Source: Oscillospiraceae bacterium (lineage in GTDB: Bacteria > Bacillota > Clostridia > Oscillospirales > Oscillospiraceae). Taken from it: a stretch of 64,000 nt of DNA. This document shows positions 26,433 through 34,507 of this stretch, in pieces (the stretch's first letter is position 1; the number at the start of each line of letters is the position of its first letter). The notes beneath the pieces were generated by a model. The model did no database searches. It was not told the DNA's origin and was given only the letters and a program-made list of their open reading frames with translations. The translations under genes were made by a program, and so were the position numbers. The stretch lies in NCBI GenBank assembly GCA_902795345.1, contig CADBKO010000006.1:5577-69576 (forward strand). Direction: 5' to 3'.

Positions 26433-27479
26433 ATGGACGAAGCCATGCGGGAGATCATGCGGAAACGATGGGAATTTGCCGCGGCCTGCGGGGACGAGGT
26501 GAACCAGGCCATCCCTCTGTACGAGGACCCCACCCGCTATCCGGTGGAGGAGCTGGTGGCCCTCTTCAAGCTCCAGCAGGAGATGATGGATGCGCCCACG
26601 CCGGAGAAGCGCAGCGAGCTGAAAGCCCGGTTTTCGGAAATGCGGCGGAGCATCCGCCTCCTGCCCAATGCGCCGGAGCGCATCTACCTCTGGCCGGAGG
26701 GGAAGATGCCGGTGCAGACGGATTACAAAGAAAACCCCGGCTGGCGGAACGACCACGAGCCGGACTTCAAGCCCTATCTCCTGGAGATGCTCCTGCCGGA
26801 GGACGTGACGCCCGTCGGCGCGGTGGTGACCATCGCCGGGGGCTCCCACGGGGCGGGCACCATCAACGAATGTTATGAGATCGGCCTGGAATTCGGCGCG
26901 CTGGGCTACCAGTGCTTCATCCTCCAGTGCCGGCCCAACGGCTGCCCCTGGAACGAATATGAGACCGGGGCCGACGCGGCCCGGGCTCTGCGCATCATCC
27001 GCGCGAATGCGGACAAGTACCGCGTGAAGCCGGACAACATCGCCATGGCGGGCTTCTCCAACGGGGGCATCACCATCGACTTCTGCATCGAGCATTTCTC
27101 CGGCACTAAGCAGGTGAAGGATCATTTCCCGGACTACGAGCCCGACGGGCTGGACGGATTCGACGGCGGGCCGGACGCTTATCTGTGCATCTACGGCGCC
27201 CGCCACAAGGGAACGCCCTACGACTATACCGGGGTGAAATATCCCCCCACCTTCTTCGCCGTGGGCCGGTTGGATTCCTGCATGGACAACCTCCACGCCC
27301 TCTATCCCGAGCTGCTGGCCCGGGGCGTTCCCATGGAGGTGCATACCTTCGCCGGACACCCCCACGGCTATGCGGGCTGGAAGATCATCGACGGGAAGGG
27401 CAATCCCAATTTCGACCTCTGGGTGACCCACGCCGACGCCTTCCTCCGGGACGTGTTCCAAAACGGAAATAACATTTGA
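26433..27479 (+). CDS. Alpha/beta hydrolase (esterase)
   Basis: Nucleophile elbow AGFSNGG. Start 26433 is preferred over 26424 on SD spacing (AAGGAG). Confidence 0.75.
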   Translation: MDEAMREIMRKRWEFAAACGDEVNQAIPLYEDPTRYPVEELVALFKLQQEMMDAPTPEKRSELKARFSEMRRSIRLLPNAPERIYLWPEGKMPVQTDYKENPGWRNDHEPDFKPYLLEMLLPEDVTPVGAVVTIAGGSHGAGTINECYEIGLEFGALGYQCFILQCRPNGCPWNEYETGADAARALRIIRANADKYRVKPDNIAMAGFSNGGITIDFCIEHFSGTKQVKDHFPDYEPDGLDGFDGGPDAYLCIYGARHKGTPYDYTGVKYPPTFFAVGRLDSCMDNLHALYPELLARGVPMEVHTFAGHPHGYAGWKIIDGKGNPNFDLWVTHADAFLRDVFQNGNNI

Positions 27480-27495
27480 AAGGATGGGATCATAG

Positions 27496-28587
27496 ATGCT
27501 GGCAAAGGAACTTCTCAGCAAATTGCAGCTCCACGGCAGGACCCTCTTTGACGAGGACAAGCAGGCCCTTTTCTTCAACTGGACCTGCGCGGGCTTCACC
27601 GTATGCTTCACCGGCAGCACGCTGAAGGGGCGCTTCACCGCCATGGGGGACAAGGGCCCCGCCTTCCCCGGCATGCCGGAGCCGCAGCCGGACTACCCCT
27701 TCTTCGGCGTGGTGGCCGACGGGGGCGAGCTAAATTGCCGCACGGAATGTACAGCGGAGGACGCCTGGTACACGCTCTTTGAGGGCGAAAAAGGGCAGCA
27801 CACCCTCCGGGTGGTGAAGCTCAGCGAGAATGCCCGGGGCAAGCTGGGGATGCTGGAGCTGGAGACCGACGGGGAATTCCTCCCCGCCCCGAAGAACACG
27901 AAGCCCGTCATCGAAGTGGTGGGCGACTCCATCACCTGCGCCTTCGGCAACGAATCCGAGGGCAACTCCTTCGAATTCAAGACCAGCGAGGAGAACGGCT
28001 GGATGTCCTATGCGGCCCTGGCCGCCCGGGAGCTGGACTGCGAATGGAGCCTCGTCTGCGAGAGCGGCATCGCCGCCAGCAAGCCCAAGGTGTCCTTCTT
28101 CATGCAGAACCACGCCATGGACGACATTTATGCCTACACCGACGAGCTTTACGACAAGCGCCGGGGCGCGGAGCTGACCCCCTGGGATTTCGCCGCGAAT
28201 CCTGTGGACATCGTGGTGATCAACCTGGGCACCAACGACGCCACCCCCATCCGCTTCTCCCAGGATCCCTTCGTCATCGACGAGCTGGAGGACCACTTCC
28301 AGGCGAAATTCCGGGGCCTTATCGAGCAGATCCGCAATCTTAACGGGCCCAAGCCCTGGATCGTCTGCTCCCTGGGCAGCATGGACTACTTCCTCTATGA
28401 CCGGATCGTGGCCGCGGTGAACGAATACAAGGCTGCTTCCGGGGACGAGAAGGTGTTTGCCTTCAAGTATCTCCCCATGAACAACATGTCCGAGGGCACG
28501 GGCGGCGGCGGCCATCCCTCCATGAAGAGCCATCTGCGCATGGGCAAGGAGCTGGCCTTCCGGCTGCGCCCCTATATCCGGAAATAA
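27496..28587 (+). CDS. SGNH/GDSL hydrolase with an N-terminal beta-sandwich domain (carbohydrate-esterase CE2-like)
   Basis: Block I VVGDSITCAFGNE, block III NLGTNDA, and a C-terminal ...GGGGHPS... motif. Confidence 0.75.
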   Translation: MLAKELLSKLQLHGRTLFDEDKQALFFNWTCAGFTVCFTGSTLKGRFTAMGDKGPAFPGMPEPQPDYPFFGVVADGGELNCRTECTAEDAWYTLFEGEKGQHTLRVVKLSENARGKLGMLELETDGEFLPAPKNTKPVIEVVGDSITCAFGNESEGNSFEFKTSEENGWMSYAALAARELDCEWSLVCESGIAASKPKVSFFMQNHAMDDIYAYTDELYDKRRGAELTPWDFAANPVDIVVINLGTNDATPIRFSQDPFVIDELEDHFQAKFRGLIEQIRNLNGPKPWIVCSLGSMDYFLYDRIVAAVNEYKAASGDEKVFAFKYLPMNNMSEGTGGGGHPSMKSHLRMGKELAFRLRPYIRK

Positions 28588-28643
28588 TCCATTCTGCGGC
28601 AGGGGCAATCCCCCTGCCGCTTCCCTGAAAGGGGCGAACACAA

Positions 28644-29579
28644 ATGGGCCTCATCAAAGCGACGGCTACGGCCATTTCCGGCACCATGGAGGACATCTGG
28701 AAAGAGATGTTCATCTGCGACTCCATCCCCGCGGACGTGCTGATGGTGCGGGGATACAAGCGGGTCTCCAACCGCAGCGCCAACAACGGGGATCCCAACA
28801 TCATCACCCACGGCTCCATCATCGTGGTATCGGACGGCCAATGCGCCCTGGTGGTCTCCGGCGGCAAGGTGATCGACAGCTGCATGGAACCCGGGGAATA
28901 TACCTTCCATGACCCGAAGCACGTCCCCGGGCTGGGCGGGCTGCTCCAGGAAACGGGGCAGCGCATCGCCTTCGGCGGCGACGCGCCTCCCAAGATGCAC
29001 CGGGTCTACTACATCAACGTCAAGGAGAGCATGAATAACCCCTTTTCCGCCACGCTGTCTCTCTCCCTCCGCTCCGCCGGGGGATACGGCTTCGACGGCA
29101 AGGTGCTTTGCAGCGGTGTGTTCTCCTACCGCATCAAGGACCCCACGCTCTTCTACAAGCTGCTGGCGGGAAACGTGGCGGGCTCCTATACCCGCCGGGA
29201 CCTGACGCGCCAGATCACCTCCGAATTTCTGACGGCCCTGGGCCCGGCTCTGAACAGTCTGTGCAGCCGGGGCGTGCGTCCCTCCGAAATCCCCGCCCAT
29301 ACCTCCGAGCTCGCCCAGGCCCTGGGAGAGACCGCCGACAAGGGCTGGCTGGGGCAGCGGGGCATCGAGATCGCCGCTGTGGGCATCAGCAGCCTCACCC
29401 CCGCGGGGGAGGACATGGCGGACCTGAGGCGTCTCAGCCGGGCGGCCACCCTCTTCGGCATGCCCCCCGAGCCGAAAAAGGAGGAGCTCGCGCCGGTCTC
29501 CGGGCGATGGTTCTGCCCGGACTGCGGAGCCGAATCCACAGGCGGCTTCTGCCCCCAGTGCGGCAAGCAAAAACCATAA
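28644..29579 (+). CDS. SPFH/Band-7-like protein with a C-terminal zinc ribbon (COG4260-like)
   Basis: N-terminal MGLIKATATAISGTMEDIWKEMF... and C-terminal WFCPDCGAESTGGFCPQCG. Confidence 0.65.
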   Translation: MGLIKATATAISGTMEDIWKEMFICDSIPADVLMVRGYKRVSNRSANNGDPNIITHGSIIVVSDGQCALVVSGGKVIDSCMEPGEYTFHDPKHVPGLGGLLQETGQRIAFGGDAPPKMHRVYYINVKESMNNPFSATLSLSLRSAGGYGFDGKVLCSGVFSYRIKDPTLFYKLLAGNVAGSYTRRDLTRQITSEFLTALGPALNSLCSRGVRPSEIPAHTSELAQALGETADKGWLGQRGIEIAAVGISSLTPAGEDMADLRRLSRAATLFGMPPEPKKEELAPVSGRWFCPDCGAESTGGFCPQCGKQKP

Positions 29580-29589
29580 AGGACGAAAG

Positions 29590-29622
29590 GAGCCGGACCG
29601 ATGCGGTCCGGCTCTTCTTTTT
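29590..29622 (+). terminator. Intrinsic terminator
   Basis: gagccggaccg-atg-cggtccggctc followed by ttcttttt. Confidence 0.75.
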
Positions 29623-29633
29623 CCGGCGTTACC

Positions 29634-30905
29634 CTAGGCAAGCCCCTTTTCGCAGGGGCGGCCGATGGCCCGGCGGTGGGCGAAATAGAGCTCCTCCGTG
29701 GCCAGGGCCATCTTCGTCACGGAGAAATCGCAGTCGTGGGGATAGATATACCAGGTGTCCTCCAGGGTGTTCAGATCCACGCAGTCCCCATGCTTCCCCA
29801 GGTATTCGTATTCGATGTGGCAGGAATAGAGGCTGGGAACCGGCTTTATCATCTCGAAGGGGTCCCCGTCCCCATCCACGCCCCGAACGGTGAAGCCGTT
29901 CCCATCATGGACCAGGGTCCCCTCTCCCAGGGGGATGAAGCGCTTGGCGTTGGGCAGGGAATCCACATGGACCGGCAGCGGCCCGGTGGAATAAGTCCCG
30001 GCCTCCACCTCCCGGCGGACGTTGCCCCGCTCCCACTCATACCAGTCCGGGATGTGGGAAAATTCCGTCTCGCCCTTGTCCGCGGAGAGCTCCCCCAGCT
30101 CCGACATGGTCCAGCTTTTCCCGCAGCTTTCGCAGCGGAGGACCGCGCCGGAGGAGCTCATCCGGTATTCCGTGCCGCAGGCGGGGCACTGGTACAGCAC
30201 CTTATGCAGGCCCTCCGCCCGCTTCGGGTAGGGCGTCCGGATATTCCGGGCCTTCTGCCAGGCGAAGTCGTCGTATTGGAAGGCCGCCACCAGCTTTTCG
30301 TTGATCTCCCCGGCGGAGGCCGCCGCCAGCTCCTCCCCGGTGAACAGGAGGCGCATTTCCGCCTCCGTGGGCTTCACCCCCCGCTCGTGGAGGTTCCAGA
30401 AGGGGGAATTGACGTGGTGCCCGCGGCAGATCAGGGTGACCACCGGCACCCCCAGGAGCTTGCAGAGCTTCCCCAGGGAGGCAGGCAGCACCGCCGTGGT
30501 GCCGCAGAGGGAATAGCGGGCCTCGGGATAGATGACCGCGATGTTCCCATTGGCGACGACCTGTTTCAGCTGCCGGATCAGGGTGACGTCGCTGGTGAAT
30601 TTGCGCTTGCAGATGCAGCCGATGCTGCGGAGCAGCCCTTCCCGCCCGATAAAGCCGTCGATGGCCACCACATAATTGGCCCGGTGAGGGAAGATCGCCC
30701 TCGTTGCGACCTTGAAATCCATAAATGCGTTGTGGTTGCAAAGCAGGAGGTAGGGGGGCTTCAGCTTCTCCGTCCCGACCCGGGTGATGACGGTGCGGTG
30801 CCGGATGGTGGCGGGGATGCTGAGGAGCCATTCCAGGGGCATCAGATACCATTTCGCGGGGACAGGGGGGCGTTTCATATCGAAGTGGACCGGTTCGATT
30901 TTCAT
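29634..30905 (-). CDS. PlsC-type (lysophospholipid) acyltransferase with a C-terminal zinc-ribbon-containing domain
   Basis: HX4D motif CNHNAFMD, and CPACGTEYRMSSSGAVLRCESCG. Confidence 0.7.
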   Translation of the reverse strand: MKIEPVHFDMKRPPVPAKWYLMPLEWLLSIPATIRHRTVITRVGTEKLKPPYLLLCNHNAFMDFKVATRAIFPHRANYVVAIDGFIGREGLLRSIGCICKRKFTSDVTLIRQLKQVVANGNIAVIYPEARYSLCGTTAVLPASLGKLCKLLGVPVVTLICRGHHVNSPFWNLHERGVKPTEAEMRLLFTGEELAAASAGEINEKLVAAFQYDDFAWQKARNIRTPYPKRAEGLHKVLYQCPACGTEYRMSSSGAVLRCESCGKSWTMSELGELSADKGETEFSHIPDWYEWERGNVRREVEAGTYSTGPLPVHVDSLPNAKRFIPLGEGTLVHDGNGFTVRGVDGDGDPFEMIKPVPSLYSCHIEYEYLGKHGDCVDLNTLEDTWYIYPHDCDFSVTKMALATEELYFAHRRAIGRPCEKGLA

Positions 30906-30964
30906 GACGTTCTGCTGTTTCCTCCCATCCTGTTTTTTACGTTATCCCGACAGGGGCCGCCCGC

Positions 30965-32551
30965 TCATCTCCACTTGTCGATGGAGGTGCTGTGGGGGCT
31001 GTACTGGCTCCAGCCCTGCACCACGTTGGAGCCCTGGGGGTCCCCCACCACGATGACGTTGATCTGCCCTTTGGAGAAAAGGGGCACCACGCTGTCGTCC
31101 GTGACGGGCTTCCCGGTCAGGGGGTCCTCCGTGAACCGGGGTGCCCAGCGCCTGTGCTTCAGGTCCCCCACGCGGACGGTGATCTTCCGCCGGAAATAGT
31201 CCTCGATCTTCTCCCGGGTGCGGCAGCCCTCTCCCTCCGCCAGCTCCCTGGCCCGCAGGGGGGAAACCAGGATCGTGACCCCGTGGAGCATCTCGAAGGC
31301 CTTGATCTCCTCGTAAAAATCATCCAGGCTGGGATTGAGCATATAGTTGCCCACATGGCTCCAGCCGCCGGTGAGGATGCTTAGGACGCTCTCCCCCTCC
31401 CGGAAGCCCAGGGAGGTGGAATAGGGCGCCCAGGGGCTTGCTTCCTCGTTCTCGGCAAAGGCGAAGGTATAGCAGGAATTGTTGCCCATGACCCCCATGA
31501 GGTTCACCCCCACCTCGCTGCCCCCCAGGTTGATGAGGGCCAGGCGGTGGGCCCGGCCGATGACGGCGTTGGCCCGGCCTCCGGGACCCAGGGCGCAGAC
31601 GGAGTCGTTCATGCCGATCTCCTTGCGGATGGGGCCGTTGACCACCTGCATGAAGCTGAAGGCATTGGTGGATTTCGCCGTCTGATGGTGGCGCTGGTCC
31701 ATGCCCATGAGCTCGATCATGGCCAGGATGACGGGCATATATTCCGGCTTCGCCCCGGCCATGACGGCGGTGATGGCCGCTTTCTCCACGGTGACGATCC
31801 GCCCCTCCGGGGCCATCTGGGTGACCACCACCTCGTCGGGAGCGTGGGAGGTGCCCTTCAGCATGGCTGCGAGGCGCTCCTCCGTGGGGATGACGACGGG
31901 CAGGCCGTCGGTGAGGCCGTTATTCTGGAAATATTCCTGCAATTCGTCCTCCGTCCCCTCGGCGCAGTACCGCCCCGGCTGGGCGGGGGTATAGGGGCCG
32001 CTTTCCAGCTCCTCCGGGGTGAGGGGCCGGAAAAGGGCGTCCTCGATATCCCGCAGCAGCGCATCCAGATCCTCCCCGCTGATGTCCGTGCAGGGGAACT
32101 CCGTCTCCGCCAGGCGGATGCACATGCCCTCCCGCTCCCGGGAAAGCAGGGCGTCGTTTTCCAGATAGCGGTAGAGGACCACCACGCCGGGGATGCCCGC
32201 CCGCTCGATGCTCCTGGCGGGCCAGGTGACGGCGCAGGCGGTGGTGGAGCAGGAGGGGGCGGCGAAGTAAACGAAGGCGTCCGCCTTTTCCTTCATCTCC
32301 GCCCAGAGCCGGGGGTCGTCGGAGGAATAGCTCATCCGCGTGCGGTATTCCAGCTTCACGCCGGCGTATTTCCCGCGGAGATAGGCGTCCAGCGCCGTTT
32401 CCACATTCCCGAAGCCGTGGGTGTCCCCCGGCCAGGAATTGATGATATAGACCGTCTTCCCCGCCAGGGTCTCCGGCCGCGGGGACAGGGCGGCCCGCTG
32501 CACCACGTTGAAAAGGCCTCTGGGGTCCAGTGCTTTTTTCGTCGCTTCCAT
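30965..32551 (-). CDS. Conserved two-domain protein of unknown function
   Basis: Start moved to MEATKKALDP (ATG 32551, GGAAGGGAG upstream). N-terminal alpha/beta-like domain with FAAPSCSTTAC. C-terminal domain with GLTDGLPVVIPTEERLAAML...TVEKAAITAVMAGAKPEYMPVILAMIE...GGRANAVIGRAHRLALINLGG. Confidence 0.6.
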   Translation of the reverse strand: MEATKKALDPRGLFNVVQRAALSPRPETLAGKTVYIINSWPGDTHGFGNVETALDAYLRGKYAGVKLEYRTRMSYSSDDPRLWAEMKEKADAFVYFAAPSCSTTACAVTWPARSIERAGIPGVVVLYRYLENDALLSREREGMCIRLAETEFPCTDISGEDLDALLRDIEDALFRPLTPEELESGPYTPAQPGRYCAEGTEDELQEYFQNNGLTDGLPVVIPTEERLAAMLKGTSHAPDEVVVTQMAPEGRIVTVEKAAITAVMAGAKPEYMPVILAMIELMGMDQRHHQTAKSTNAFSFMQVVNGPIRKEIGMNDSVCALGPGGRANAVIGRAHRLALINLGGSEVGVNLMGVMGNNSCYTFAFAENEEASPWAPYSTSLGFREGESVLSILTGGWSHVGNYMLNPSLDDFYEEIKAFEMLHGVTILVSPLRARELAEGEGCRTREKIEDYFRRKITVRVGDLKHRRWAPRFTEDPLTGKPVTDDSVVPLFSKGQINVIVVGDPQGSNVVQGWSQYSPHSTSIDKWR

Positions 32552-32577
32552 GGCAGTGTCTCCCTTCCTGTTATACT

Positions 32578-32841
32578 TCAATATTCGGTTTTCACCGTTT
32601 CCAGACCGTAGATCTCCCGGAAACGCCGCTCATCCTCCCGGGAGCGGATCAGCATGACCTCCGTGAAGCGCCCGCCCTCCAGGTCCTTGAACCCGGCCAC
32701 CTTTTCCCCGGTACAGATGGAGGAGCGGATCACGGCAGTCTGCCGGGCCGGGTCAAAGGGGAATGTCTCCCGCAGGCGCTCCCCCTCGGAAGCCCTGCCT
32801 CTCCCCCGGAAAATGGCCGGGAGTTTTATGTCCGCTTTCAT
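32578..32841 (-). CDS. Small conserved protein, unknown function
   Basis: 87 aa with a good SD (GGAGG 7 nt upstream). Motif ...VIRSSICTGEKVAGFKDLEGGRFTEVMLIRS... Confidence 0.55.
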   Translation of the reverse strand: MKADIKLPAIFRGRGRASEGERLRETFPFDPARQTAVIRSSICTGEKVAGFKDLEGGRFTEVMLIRSREDERRFREIYGLETVKTEY

Positions 32842-32981
32842 CAGCCGCCTCCTTCCCCGATGCTTTGCTTACTATTTTATACTGCCGGGGGCGGGAACGC
32901 AAGAGTCCGGCAAAGGGGTCGCTTTTTCTCTCCCGCCGTGGTAGAATGATCCCAAAACAAAGGAAAACGGAGGCAGATATC

Positions 32982-33362
32982 ATGCTTCAGACTGGAATAA
33001 AGGGGACGGGGGAAGCCCTCGTCACGGAAGAACTTTCCGCCAGGGCCATGGGCAGCGGGGAGCTGCCCGTCTACGCCACCCCGGCGATGCTCGCGCTGGT
33101 GGAGGAGACCGCCTGGAAAAGCGTGGCCCCGGCCCTGGAGCCAGGCCAGAGCACCGTGGGGACGAAGCTGGCGTTCTCCCACCTGGCGGCGACCCCTCTG
33201 GGGCGGAAGGTGCGGTGCGAAACGCGCCTCACGGAGATCGACCGCCGCCGCCTTGTCTTTTCCGCCGAGGTCTGGGACGAAGCGGGAAAGATCGGGGAAG
33301 GCACCCACGAGCGCTTCATCGTGGATAGTGAGAAGTTCCTGGCGAAAGCAGATGCAAGATGA
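32982..33362 (+). CDS. Hotdog-fold thioesterase (FlK-like)
   Basis: Start moved to MLQTGIKGTGE (ATG 32982, GGAGG 9 nt upstream). Has ...GSGELPVYATPAMLALVEETAW...GTHERFIV. Confidence 0.65.
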   Translation: MLQTGIKGTGEALVTEELSARAMGSGELPVYATPAMLALVEETAWKSVAPALEPGQSTVGTKLAFSHLAATPLGRKVRCETRLTEIDRRRLVFSAEVWDEAGKIGEGTHERFIVDSEKFLAKADAR

Positions 33363-33591
33363 CTGGACGCGGGCCCGGGACGACCTGGTGGCTACCGTCG
33401 CTGCCCTGGGCTTCCCGGCGGAGCTGGGTGAGGCGGCGGCCCGGCACCTGGGAAGCCCCAAGGCCATGGAGCGGATGAGGAAGTATCTCCTCTATGTCCG
33501 GCCGGACAGGGCGGAGCTGGTGGTGGACGAGATGCTCTCCATCCGGGAGGAGATCGACGCATGGAAGCGGAAGAAGCAAAGCCGGCAATAG
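33352..33591 (+). CDS. Small hypothetical protein
   Basis: 79 aa from ATG 33352, overlapping the thioesterase stop by 11 nt. No motif recognised. Confidence 0.4.
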   Translation: MQDDWTRARDDLVATVAALGFPAELGEAAARHLGSPKAMERMRKYLLYVRPDRAELVVDEMLSIREEIDAWKRKKQSRQ

Positions 33592-33603
33592 GAGAAAAAA
33601 GCC

Positions 33604-34239
33604 ATGTACTTTCCCGACGCTTATTTCATCACTGGAAACGCCTATGCCGGGAAGTCCACCCTGGTCTCCCTGCTGGCGAAGAAGCACGGCGGCGCCGCCT
33701 GTGAAGAAAATTACCACGACCGGCTGCTGCCGGAGCTGGACAAAGAGGCGTTCCCCGCCCTCTGCTACACCCGGGACCTTGCCGATTGGCACGACTTCAT
33801 CCGCCGCAGCCCGGAGGAATACGAGGCCTGGTTCGACGCGGTGAGCAAGGAATGTGAGACCTTGGAAAAGCGCATCCTCTCCGGCCTGACCGGGCGGGGA
33901 AAGCCCATTTTCGTGGACACCAACATCTCCCTCGAAACGCTGAGGACCGTCGCCGCTCCCCGGCACGTCCTTGTCATGCTGGCACCCCCGGAGATCTCCG
34001 TGCGCCGCTTCTTCGACCGGCCGGACCGGGAAAAGCAATTCCTCTACCGCCTCATCCTGGAGGAGCCGGACCCGGAGGCGGCCATGGAAAACTACCGCCG
34101 GGGCCTCATGCGCATCAACTCCCGGGAGCGGTATGACCGCTTCCTCCATTCCGGCTTTCCCGTGATCCTCCGGGACGAGAACAGGACCCCGGAAGAGACC
34201 CTGGCCCTGGCGGAACAGGTCTTCGGGCTGTATTCTTGA
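33604..34239 (+). CDS. P-loop NTPase/kinase-like protein
   Basis: Walker A GNAYAGKST near the N-terminus; 211 aa. Confidence 0.65.
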   Translation: MYFPDAYFITGNAYAGKSTLVSLLAKKHGGAACEENYHDRLLPELDKEAFPALCYTRDLADWHDFIRRSPEEYEAWFDAVSKECETLEKRILSGLTGRGKPIFVDTNISLETLRTVAAPRHVLVMLAPPEISVRRFFDRPDREKQFLYRLILEEPDPEAAMENYRRGLMRINSRERYDRFLHSGFPVILRDENRTPEETLALAEQVFGLYS

Positions 34240-34260
34240 CATGTTATACTCAAATTCAAT

Positions 34261-34427
34261 AAAAACATGGAAATGTTTTTATTGGCCGGATGCGTTCGCA
34301 TTCGGCGCCTCGCATAAAAATGCGAGGTGATTTGCAGTGCAATACGATCTTTTTTCCAGCCGAAGGGCTGGAAACCTGCGGTGAAACTTCACCGCAGCCA
34401 TAAAACGATTACTTAATCGTTTTATGG
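34261..34427 (+). other. AT-rich array of six unrelated perfect hairpins (candidate structured RNA, leader or protein-binding palindromes)
   Basis: H1 34261-34280 (aaaaacat/atgttttt). H2 34286-34305. H3 34308-34327 (cctcgcat/atgcgagg). H4 34356-34371 (ccagcc/ggctgg). H5 34376-34397 (ctgcggtga/tcaccgcag). H6 34398-34427 (13-bp stem ccataaaacgatt/aatcgttttatgg). Confidence 0.7.
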
Positions 34428-34507
34428 AAGATCAGTATTATAATAATAAGGTTATGTTTAGGGTATAAAGTATTCGCGGGCCGCGGCCCGCCGAAGGAGG
34501 AACGAGC

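Noticed and set aside
30965-32551. Possible selenoprotein or UGSC-like assignment for the 528-aa protein
   Set aside because: I only have a vague memory of such a family. The local motif here is PSCS rather than UGSC, and there is no in-frame TGA. I cannot support the assignment without an HMM search.
34261-34427. Hairpin array considered as a CRISPR array or tandem repeat
   Set aside because: The six palindromes share no common repeat unit, there is no spacer periodicity, and no cas genes are present. It is kept only as an unexplained structured region.
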